This document shows positions 9,153-17,395 of a DNA stretch of 62,246 bases, in pieces. Each line of letters opens with the position of its first letter. Position 1 is the first letter of the stretch. Source of the stretch: Anaerolineae bacterium (GTDB lineage: Bacteria; Chloroflexota; Anaerolineae; B4-G1; SLSP01). The stretch covers positions 1 to 62,246 of the forward strand of contig JALXBP010000065.1 of the NCBI GenBank assembly GCA_026991395.1, written 5' to 3'. The position numbers and the translations under genes were made by a program. The notes beneath the pieces are model-generated. The model was given only the letters and a program-made list of their open reading frames with translations. It was not told the DNA's origin and searched no databases.

Positions 9153-9998
9153 CTACGTCGGGCAGCAGAGCGAGGCGATCTCCCGCGCGGTGGCCCGAGC
9201 GTTCAATCGCAACAGTCCCAGCGAGCTTTTCCCCTGGATGGCGATGGCGAGCAGTGATTGCGGCGCTACGCCGATGGCGTAGAGCATATAGTCGCCGCCG
9301 GAGATGCTCTGCTCGAAGCCGGTTTGCTCGCGTCCGAGCGCCCGCGCTACCTCCGCCGAGGTGCGCCGCCCCTGGAGCGCCGCATCCGCTACGGCCTGGA
9401 CCGTCGCGGCGGGAAGTGAGCCGACCCACAGCGCGATCTCGTCCCCGAAGGTGAGAAGGACGGCGTTCGCGCTGACCTCGCGGGCCAGGTCGTCCAGCAG
9501 GCGGCGGATAGCCCCCTCGTTGGACTCCAGCCTCCCCCGCTCCAGCGGCACGTCGGAGGGCGGGGAGGCCGTATCGGCAGAGGGCGGAGCGCTCTCCCGA
9601 ACGGGCGGCTCCTCCTGAGGGGCCGGCTCCGGCTCGGCGGCGAGGGGGGCCTGCATCGCCGCCTCGATCATCGCGGGCAGGTCGGGGAGGAAGAAGGGCT
9701 TGGGCAAGACGCCCTGGATGGCGAGCTTTGCCTCCGCCTCGGGCGGCAGCGTCTGCCCCATCAGCGGGATGAGCATCAGCCGCAGGTCGGATTGGGCACG
9801 GCGCAGGTCGCGGGCCAGAGGGAGCGGGGCATCCAGCCCCATATCGATGATGGCCAGATCGAAGCGCTGACGGCGGGCCGCGGCCCGTGCCGCTTCCTCA
9901 TCACCGGCCTGGACGACTTCGTACCCTTGCCGTTGCAGTTCCTCGCCCAGCAGCGTGGCAAAGGCTTCATTGGGATCGACGACAAGCACGTGAGCCAT
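9153..9998 (-). CDS. Receiver domain fused to a C-terminal roadblock/MglB-like domain
   Basis: N-terminus MAHVLVVD...DLAIIDMG...VLPKPF; Pro-rich linker; C-terminus with roadblock-like alpha-beta-beta-alpha-beta-beta-beta-alpha pattern (SANAVLLT...YMLYAIGV...LLAIAIQGKSSLGLLRLNARATAREI). Confidence 0.7.
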   Translation of the reverse strand: MAHVLVVDPNEAFATLLGEELQRQGYEVVQAGDEEAARAAARRQRFDLAIIDMGLDAPLPLARDLRRAQSDLRLMLIPLMGQTLPPEAEAKLAIQGVLPKPFFLPDLPAMIEAAMQAPLAAEPEPAPQEEPPVRESAPPSADTASPPSDVPLERGRLESNEGAIRRLLDDLAREVSANAVLLTFGDEIALWVGSLPAATVQAVADAALQGRRTSAEVARALGREQTGFEQSISGGDYMLYAIGVAPQSLLAIAIQGKSSLGLLRLNARATAREIASLCCPT

Positions 9999-10191
9999 AG
10001 ACGCCTCCTTTGGAGCTTCGAAGAAGCATCCTCTCCTCCCTGTTCGGGGATTTTAACGAAAATGACACCGAGAGCAAATGCTTTTCCTCCACGACACCGT
10101 TAGAATGAGAGCATCCCCCGCCGGAGCGGGGTCAAAGAGGGAGCCGCGTTCCTCAAGGAACGTCGTTATGCTCCGAAGAGAGGACACCGGT

Positions 10192-12171
10192 ATGCGAAGA
10201 AAGAGACTCGTCATCAGCACGGCGATCGTCGTCGTGCTCCTCCTGTCGCCGATGATGACCCTGCCCTCACGCACGCAATCCCCCGCCCCCCTGCCTTCCG
10301 TTACCGAGGCCGACGGACGGCTGGGGACCTGCTATTCCTTCTACGACACAACGCGCATTCAGCAAGCCTACGATGCCGGTTCCCGCTGGGATCGCTTCGA
10401 TTTCCGCTGGAATGCCATCGCCGAGTACGGCTACGGCCCGCACGATCAGCTCCTCGATCGTTACGCCTCGATGAACTGGCCGCTGGATGTCGTCGGCATC
10501 CTCGGCGCAGCGCCCGACGATCGCGCAAGCTGCTCGAATGCGCCGATGTCCGAGGCCGCGCTGTTGCGAAGGCTCGACGACTATCCCGTGCGCATCACCG
10601 CGGCCTGGTGGAACGCCTGTCCGCCGGTCAACCTCGACCTGCCGTGGTATGACGCGAACAACGGCTGGGGACAGTTCGTCTATCAGACGGTGCTTCACTT
10701 CAAGGGACGGGTCAGGGTCTGGGAGGTGTGGAACGAGCCCGATCTGCCGCTCTTCTGGCAGGGCACGGCGGCACAGTATGCCCGCCTGCTGAAGGTGGCC
10801 TACCAGGCCATCAAGGCCGCCGATCCCCAGGCGACGGTGCTCTTCGGCGGCCTGGCCTATTGGTACAATCCGCAGTTCTACAAGGATGTGCTCGACATCA
10901 TCGCCGCCGATCCGGAAAGCGAGGCTTACAACGGCTACTTCGATGTTATGTCGCTCCATCTCTACTCCAACGCCGAAACGCCCTACGATGTCTCGCGCAC
11001 GGTGATGGCCGAGGTCGCCGCGCGGGTCGGCCCGCATCCGCTGTGGCTGACGGAGGCAGGCGTCCCCGTCTGGGATGATGGCGGTAGTGTGCCGAACTAC
11101 TCGGCGACGATGGAGGAAGCCGCATCCTACACCATCGAAGCCTACGCCGGTGCCCGCGCTGCCGGTGTGGACAAGTTCTTCTTCTTCCGCCTGCACGACG
11201 ATGGCTGGAGCGAACACTACGGCCTGACGCGCGACGACTACTCCATCCGCCCCGCTTACGTCGCCTATCAGGTGGCCGCCCGCTATCTGCGCGGCGAGAA
11301 CCAGATCACCGGGCCCTTCGGCACCTCACTGCACCGCATCACCTTCTGGGGGACACCCAACGGGCGCGTCGATCTGCTCTGGAATCGCACCGACACGCCG
11401 ATGACATACTCGATGCCCGCCGTGCTCCCCCAGGCTACGCTCGTCGATCGGCACGGTCTCACCCAGACGGTCGAGGCCGAAAACGGCTACTTCCACCTCG
11501 ACCTGCTCCCGCGGACGAACGATCTCATCGGCGGGCCGCCGCTCTTGCTCATCCAGAAGGATACCGTCCCCCCACAGACGACCGCTTTCGAGGCAACTCT
11601 GACGGTGGACGGCGTGCGGCTCCGGTGGGCCGTCGCAGACGATGCCTCCGGCTACTGGTACGAGGATATCGAGCAAGCCTCCGCGCCGGACGGGCCGTGG
11701 CACACGGTGGCAAGCTGGAGCCAGACGGCGGGCAAGGACGAGATCATCATTGCGCCACCCTCTTCGACGGAGCAGTGGTACTTCCGCGCCCGGGCACGGG
11801 ATCGCACGGGCAACTACGAACCGTGGCCGGATTCGGCGACGGCCAGCCTGCTCATCATCCCTTGGCGGCACGTTGCGCTCGCCGTAACGGTAACAACGCA
11901 AGCGGGCGATCCGCTGACGGCCTCGCTTCGCTGGCTCGACAGCGCGGGGGTGGTGCTGACCGAGACGACGGGAAGTTCGTGGGAAGTTTCGCAGACCGTC
12001 GCCGTGCCCCAAGATTTCAGCCTCATCGTCCGTGCCGAGGGGTACGTAACACGCCGCTTCGATTTCGCGCCGGAAGCCACCGCCGAGCCGATCACCTACA
12101 CCTTCGAGGCGGTGATGCCCGCCGTCGCGGGCCGAGTTTTCCTCCCGCTGGCAATCCGCCCGGGGCCGTAG
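10192..12171 (+). CDS. Secreted clan GH-A-like glycoside hydrolase (GH39/GH5-like) with C-terminal beta-sandwich domains
   Basis: Signal peptide MRRKRLVISTAIVVVLLL; RWDRFDFRW, WEVWNEPD (acid/base), WLTEAG (nucleophile); C-terminal RVFLPLAIR. Confidence 0.75.
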   Translation: MRRKRLVISTAIVVVLLLSPMMTLPSRTQSPAPLPSVTEADGRLGTCYSFYDTTRIQQAYDAGSRWDRFDFRWNAIAEYGYGPHDQLLDRYASMNWPLDVVGILGAAPDDRASCSNAPMSEAALLRRLDDYPVRITAAWWNACPPVNLDLPWYDANNGWGQFVYQTVLHFKGRVRVWEVWNEPDLPLFWQGTAAQYARLLKVAYQAIKAADPQATVLFGGLAYWYNPQFYKDVLDIIAADPESEAYNGYFDVMSLHLYSNAETPYDVSRTVMAEVAARVGPHPLWLTEAGVPVWDDGGSVPNYSATMEEAASYTIEAYAGARAAGVDKFFFFRLHDDGWSEHYGLTRDDYSIRPAYVAYQVAARYLRGENQITGPFGTSLHRITFWGTPNGRVDLLWNRTDTPMTYSMPAVLPQATLVDRHGLTQTVEAENGYFHLDLLPRTNDLIGGPPLLLIQKDTVPPQTTAFEATLTVDGVRLRWAVADDASGYWYEDIEQASAPDGPWHTVASWSQTAGKDEIIIAPPSSTEQWYFRARARDRTGNYEPWPDSATASLLIIPWRHVALAVTVTTQAGDPLTASLRWLDSAGVVLTETTGSSWEVSQTVAVPQDFSLIVRAEGYVTRRFDFAPEATAEPITYTFEAVMPAVAGRVFLPLAIRPGP

Positions 12172-12305
12172 ACCCTCCCGCTGCCGACAGGGAAGAGGCC
12201 GCGCCCCTGCGACACCCCTCGACACTTCACGTAGGCACCTTTTCCTGCTATACTGAAGATGCCGAAACGGAAGGGCTGACTTCCGACAAAGGGGGGAAGC
12301 AAAGC

Positions 12306-15300
12306 ATGGCGCAACGGAGGGTAACTGCCGTCATCCTGCTCATCATCGTGCTGCTCGGCCTGTCGAGCGCAGTTGTCCGGCCCGTTGTCGCCGGTCGGAA
12401 AGTACGGGTAGGCATATGGGAAGCGCCCCCCTACCTCTTCCACAACGACGAAGGAGAGGTCATCGGTCTCTTTGCCGACATCCTCCACCGGGCTGCCGAT
12501 GAGGCCGGCTGGGAGCTGATCTTCCGCTCCTGCGACCCGACGGCGTGTGTGGGTATGTTGCGCAGTGGCGCGATCGATCTCCTCGTCGGCGACGCAGCGG
12601 CGAGCGGCAGCTTGCGCCACAGCGACGAGTTCCTCTTCGACGATTGGGCGCAGCTCTACGCTGCCGAGGCCCTGCGCCTCGATTCCATCCTCGACTTGGA
12701 AGGACGGATCATCGCCGTGAAACGGGGAGACGAAGCAACGGCTACCTTCTTGACCACCCTCGAACTGAGCGGCGTTGAGGTTACCCGCCTCGACGTCTTC
12801 ACCGACGACGCGCTTCTCGGGGCCATCGACAGCGGTATCGCAGATATCGGCCTTTCCTCGCGGCTCTATGGCGCACGCAATCTCGCTCGCTACCCCCAAG
12901 TGCAGGCTACGGACATACGCTGCTGCCCTCACCGCTTCTACTTTATGGCCGATGTCGCACGGAACGCCGATCTGCTCGCCTCCCTCGATGCCTACCTGCG
13001 GCTGGCCAAGGAAGATGAGCATTCCGCCTACTACGCTTCCCGGCTCCAATGGCTGGAGATTCCACCGAACGGAGCCATGTCCCCCGATGCCTGGTACCTG
13101 CTCTTCATCGCGCTGGCCGTCATTGCCATCGTTGCCCTGCTCTTCCTCCTGCTGCTGCGTGCTCAGGTGCGGCAGCGCACGGCGGCGCTGGAAAAGGAGA
13201 TTGCCCGTCATCGGGAGACGGAGCGGGCACTGCGCCAATCCCGCCTGGCCCTCCAACGGCGGGCCAAGGGGCTGACGCTGCTCAGCGAATTGGCCGATGC
13301 GCTCCACAGTTCACTGGACTTCCGCGAGGTTACGGAGCGGGCGGTGCTCCTCATCGTCAACCAGACGGACTTTTCCGCCGGAGCTATCCTCGCGCTGCGG
13401 CAGGAGTCACGCAACTTTACCCTCGTCTCCTACGTCGGCTTCTCACCGGTGGTCATCCGGATTGGGCGCGAGGTACCGTTGGCGGAACAGCTCGAAGACG
13501 GCTCCTTGGATCAGGAGACGATCATCACCCCCGATCTGAGCCAGACCGATCTCATCCCCCCCCAGCTCCGCAACGCGCTGCTCGAGGACGGGCTTCGTGC
13601 CTGCATCATCGTCCCGCTCGTCTACCGAAAGGACGTCCTGGGGGTACTCAGCCTCTTCGCCAAGGAACCCCATCATCTCACCCAAGAGGAGCGGAGCACC
13701 CTCTTGGCCGTCGGACACACTATCGCCTTGGCGATGGCCAACGCACGTTACGTAGAACGCATCGAAGCCGAGGTTGCCGTCCGCCGCCAGGCGGAGGCGG
13801 CGTTGGTCGAGGAGCGGGCGCTGCTGGCCCGCCGCGTCGTGGAGCGCACGTCGGACCTGCGGGCGGCCAATCTCGAACTGGCCCAGGCGATCAAGGCCAA
13901 AGACGAATTCCTGGCCAATATGAGCCACGAATTCCGCACACCGCTCAATGCCATTCTCGGCATCAGCGGGGCCCTGGAGGAGGAGGCTTACGGCCCGCTG
14001 ACGACCGAACAACGGCGGGCACTGCAAAGCATCATCGACAGTGCCAACCATCTGCTTTCGCTCATCAACGATATCCTCGATCTTTCCAAGATGGGCGCGG
14101 GCAAATTCTCGCTGGACATCGGGCCGGTGGAGGTCAAGGCTCTCTGCGAGTCGAGCCTGCAGATGGTGCGACAGATCGCCCAAGCGAAGAACGTCTCGCT
14201 CCATTTCGACTACGATGCCCGCGTGCGCCTGATCCAGGCCGACGGGCGGCGGATGCGGCAGGTTCTCGTCAACCTGCTGGACAATGCGGTCAAATTCACC
14301 ACGCCGGGTGGATCGGTGGGGCTGGAGGTACGCGGCGAACCGGAGGCGCAGATCGTCCATTTCACCATCTGGGATACAGGCATCGGCATCGAGCGGACAA
14401 CGATGCAGCGCCTGTTCCATCCTTTCGAGCAGGGCGAAAAGGGTCTGATGCGGGAGTACGGCGGCACGGGCTTGGGGCTGGCCTTGGTCCATCGGATGGT
14501 CGAACTGCACGGTGGCAGCATCGAGGTGGAAAGCCGCCTCGGCAAAGGCAGCCGCTTCACCGTCACACTGGCGTGGCAGGAGGAGCTGGGGCCGACGGGG
14601 ATGGAATACAATCTGGAGACCACGCCACCCCTTCAACTCCCCTTCCGGCGCTTGCTCTACCTGACGGGGCGCGGCCACGAGAACAAAACGACCGCCAATC
14701 TGCGCAACGCGGTGGAGGGCTGGGGGATGGCCCTCATCGTCCACTCGCTGCTGGATGATGCTGCGGCGCTGGACAAACGCCTCACCCCCCCTCCCGATCT
14801 CCTCTTCATCGATCTGGAGACCAGCCCCGTCGAGGAGATGTGGCGCTTTCTGAACGAAGTCCTGCTGCCCAAGCTCGACGGCCATCTCCCGCCTCTCGTC
14901 GTCATCTCGGCGGCGGATGAAGCTATGACGACCTTCCCTCTGCCGACAGACGGCTGGCTGGTCAAACCGGTCTCCGGCTCACAGGTACTGCAAACCTTCC
15001 TCCGCATCCTGCTTTCCCGCACCGTTTTCCAGGAGGCCGGCGCTTACGAACGCCCCCCGCAGGGCATCAAGGTACTGGTTGTCGAAAGCGGCGAAACGCT
15101 GCTGACGATGCTGCAGGACTACTTCCACTTTCGCGGCTATCTGGTCTACAGCGCCTCGGAGGGAGAGGCGGCCTTGCATCTGGCGCGGGAGATCCTTCCC
15201 GATGTCATCATCATCAACCTGCAATTGCAGGGGATGAGCAGCCTGGAGATCGTCCGCCGCATCCGCTCGCATCCACCGCTACGGGCGATCCCTGTCATCG

Positions 15301-15452
15301 CTCTGACCTCGCTTTCCATCCAGGGAGACCGCGAACGCGCTCTGGAGGCGGGTGTTACGGCTTACCTGCTGCGTCCCGTAGGCTTCCGACACCTGGAAGA
15401 GATGATGATGCACCTTCTGCAGAAGAACAACGAGGAGTTGGGCGATGGGTGA
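12306..15452 (+). CDS. Hybrid sensor histidine kinase (extracytoplasmic solute-binding domain, TM, GAF, HisKA, HATPase, two degenerate receivers)
   Basis: RVGIWEAPPY SBP-like domain; MSHEFRTPLNAI H-box; LVNLLDNAVKFT, DTGIGI and GGTGLGLAL boxes; start trimmed to ATG 12306. Confidence 0.9.
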   Translation: MAQRRVTAVILLIIVLLGLSSAVVRPVVAGRKVRVGIWEAPPYLFHNDEGEVIGLFADILHRAADEAGWELIFRSCDPTACVGMLRSGAIDLLVGDAAASGSLRHSDEFLFDDWAQLYAAEALRLDSILDLEGRIIAVKRGDEATATFLTTLELSGVEVTRLDVFTDDALLGAIDSGIADIGLSSRLYGARNLARYPQVQATDIRCCPHRFYFMADVARNADLLASLDAYLRLAKEDEHSAYYASRLQWLEIPPNGAMSPDAWYLLFIALAVIAIVALLFLLLLRAQVRQRTAALEKEIARHRETERALRQSRLALQRRAKGLTLLSELADALHSSLDFREVTERAVLLIVNQTDFSAGAILALRQESRNFTLVSYVGFSPVVIRIGREVPLAEQLEDGSLDQETIITPDLSQTDLIPPQLRNALLEDGLRACIIVPLVYRKDVLGVLSLFAKEPHHLTQEERSTLLAVGHTIALAMANARYVERIEAEVAVRRQAEAALVEERALLARRVVERTSDLRAANLELAQAIKAKDEFLANMSHEFRTPLNAILGISGALEEEAYGPLTTEQRRALQSIIDSANHLLSLINDILDLSKMGAGKFSLDIGPVEVKALCESSLQMVRQIAQAKNVSLHFDYDARVRLIQADGRRMRQVLVNLLDNAVKFTTPGGSVGLEVRGEPEAQIVHFTIWDTGIGIERTTMQRLFHPFEQGEKGLMREYGGTGLGLALVHRMVELHGGSIEVESRLGKGSRFTVTLAWQEELGPTGMEYNLETTPPLQLPFRRLLYLTGRGHENKTTANLRNAVEGWGMALIVHSLLDDAAALDKRLTPPPDLLFIDLETSPVEEMWRFLNEVLLPKLDGHLPPLVVISAADEAMTTFPLPTDGWLVKPVSGSQVLQTFLRILLSRTVFQEAGAYERPPQGIKVLVVESGETLLTMLQDYFHFRGYLVYSASEGEAALHLAREILPDVIIINLQLQGMSSLEIVRRIRSHPPLRAIPVIALTSLSIQGDRERALEAGVTAYLLRPVGFRHLEEMMMHLLQKNNEELGDG

Positions 15453-16977
15453 AGAGCATACGATCCTCATCGTGGACGATGAACCGCTGGGGCGGGAGAC
15501 CCTGCGCGCCTTGCTGCAACACGAAGGCCATCGCCTCATCTTTGCCGGCAACGGTTATGAAGCGCTGGAGTTGGCCCAAACCTGGCGGCCCGATCTCATC
15601 CTGCTCGACGTGATGATGCCCGAAATGGACGGCTTCGAGGTCTGCCGACGCATTCGGAGGACGCCGGAACTGGCCGAGGTCCCCATCGTGATGATCACGG
15701 CACTCGGCGACCGCGCCTCACGCATCAGGGGACTGAGCGTTGGCGCAGATGACTTCGTCACCAAGCCCTTCGATCGCACGGAGTTACGCGCCCGCATCCG
15801 TACCATCCTGCGGTTGAACCGCTACCGCCGCCTGCTGGCCATCCGCTCCCGTTTCGAGTGGGTGGTGGAAAATGCCGAGTCGGCCTACCTGATGCTGGAT
15901 CGCCAGGGGAACATCCTCTATGCCAACGAACAGGCCAGGCGCTACATCACCGGTGCGCCCGACATCCCGATGAAGGGCAAGCCCCTCTTTCCCCTCGTGC
16001 GCGAACATTACCGCTGCGAGCCGTTGATGGGATGGGACGAATGCTTCCTCCTCCCGACGGCGACGGATACGAGCCGTGCCCGCTACCTGGTGCGGGCAGC
16101 GACACAGACGGCCCCGGAATTCTGGCTCCAGGTAGATGTGGCAACGATGGAGGAGGTGGGTGACGAAACGATCCTCGTCCGTCTCCGGGACATCACCGAA
16201 ACCATCCGTCTGCGCAAGGAGGTGTGGCGCTTCGATGCGCTGGTCCGGCATAAGCTGCGCACGCCCTTGGGCATTCTCATCGGCTCCTTAGAGGTCTTCC
16301 GCCGCGACCAGGAGATTCTCGCCTGCGAGGACGTGGAGATGCTCGTGGACATGATCTACAGCGGGGCGAAGCGCCTGCGCGACGCCATCGAGGCCATCTT
16401 CGCTTTCGAAAACGCCTCCCAGATGGGGCTGAATGCCACCCTCCACTGCCACCTGCACACGATGCCGGAGCTGATCCGCCGCATCGAGAAGGAACTGGAA
16501 CTCCGGCCCGTTACCCTCCACTTCCCCCCGCAAGAGATCGTCGAGCAGACACCGCCGTTACTCCTCTCGCCGGAGGCTATGGAGCTCATCCTCTGGGAGT
16601 TGATGGAGAACGCGAAGAAGTTCCACCCACGCCACCAGCCCGCGATCACCATCGAGGTAACCGTCCTGCCCAAGCAGAGCGTCCGCGTCAAAGTCAGCGA
16701 TGACGGCCTGACGCTGGCACCGGACCAACTGCGCCGCATTTGGCTGCCCTATTACCAGGCCGAGCGTTACTTCACAGGCCAGGTGCCGGGGATGGGGCTG
16801 GGACTACCGACGATCGCTTCATTGCTATGGGGCGTGGGAGGAAGCGTTGACGCCTACAACCGCTCGCCCGCCCCCGGCCTGGTCGTCGAGTTCGAAGTTC
16901 CCCTGATGGCTACTCCCTCTCAGCCGGGAAAAGACGAGGGGGGCAGTTTGACAGATGGGGGAGAGCCGGTAAGATAG
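15445..16977 (+). CDS. REC-PAS-histidine kinase with atypical H-box
   Basis: ILIVDD...LLDVMMP...ITAL...VTKPF; PAS-like ENAESAYLMLDRQGNILYANEQA; RHKLRTPL; ELMENAKKF; GMGLGL. Confidence 0.88.
   Translation: MGEEHTILIVDDEPLGRETLRALLQHEGHRLIFAGNGYEALELAQTWRPDLILLDVMMPEMDGFEVCRRIRRTPELAEVPIVMITALGDRASRIRGLSVGADDFVTKPFDRTELRARIRTILRLNRYRRLLAIRSRFEWVVENAESAYLMLDRQGNILYANEQARRYITGAPDIPMKGKPLFPLVREHYRCEPLMGWDECFLLPTATDTSRARYLVRAATQTAPEFWLQVDVATMEEVGDETILVRLRDITETIRLRKEVWRFDALVRHKLRTPLGILIGSLEVFRRDQEILACEDVEMLVDMIYSGAKRLRDAIEAIFAFENASQMGLNATLHCHLHTMPELIRRIEKELELRPVTLHFPPQEIVEQTPPLLLSPEAMELILWELMENAKKFHPRHQPAITIEVTVLPKQSVRVKVSDDGLTLAPDQLRRIWLPYYQAERYFTGQVPGMGLGLPTIASLLWGVGGSVDAYNRSPAPGLVVEFEVPLMATPSQPGKDEGGSLTDGGEPVR
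16948..16975 (+). promoter_or_regulatory. sigma70-type promoter for the glutaredoxin gene, inside the 3' end of the upstream kinase
   Basis: TTGACA-N16-TAAGAT. Confidence 0.5.
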
Positions 16978-17010
16978 AGCCGTTGCAATACTGTTGAGAC
17001 GGAGGTCAAG

Positions 17011-17298
17011 ATGGCGGTCAGGAATCGTACCGATCAGAAGAGGCACAAGAGCCGTCGTCGCCCCCGTGTGCTGATCTTCACAACGCCGACCTGCCCGCAC
17101 TGTCGGGCGGCCAAGCGTTACCTCCAGCAACGGGGCATCCCCTTCACCGAGGTGGATGTTTCCCGCGACCGACGGGCAGCGATGGATATGGTCAGGCGCA
17201 GCGGCCAGCAGGGCGTTCCCGTGCTGGACATCGACGGGCGTATCGTCGTCGGTTTCAACCGCGCCAAAATCGACCGATTGCTCAATCTGCGCCGCTGA
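17011..17298 (+). CDS. Glutaredoxin-like protein (NrdH/YruB family)
   Basis: FTTPTCPHC, DVS.D, SGQQGVPVLDIDGRIVVGFN; SD GGAGG. Confidence 0.9.
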   Translation: MAVRNRTDQKRHKSRRRPRVLIFTTPTCPHCRAAKRYLQQRGIPFTEVDVSRDRRAAMDMVRRSGQQGVPVLDIDGRIVVGFNRAKIDRLLNLRR

Positions 17299-17315
17299 GC
17301 GCACGATCGCGACAC

Positions 17316-17353
17316 AAGGGGCCGGAGGGGGGAGCCGCCTTCCGGCCCTTTTT
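17316..17353 (+). terminator. Intrinsic terminator after glutaredoxin
   Basis: AAGGGGCCGGAGG...CCTTCCGGCCCTTTTT hairpin with T tail. Confidence 0.55.
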
Positions 17354-17395
17354 ACACAAAGGGTCTCGTCGGCAACGGAAGAAAGGGGCGGCACA

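Noticed and set aside
12210-12225. CGACAC direct repeat at 10-bp spacing before the hybrid kinase
   Set aside because: Two GC-rich hexamers alone are within chance expectation.
11625-12305. N-terminal extension of the hybrid kinase ORF in the track
   Set aside because: Overlaps the GH gene in another frame. A TGnTATACT element and purine-rich SD support ATG 12306.
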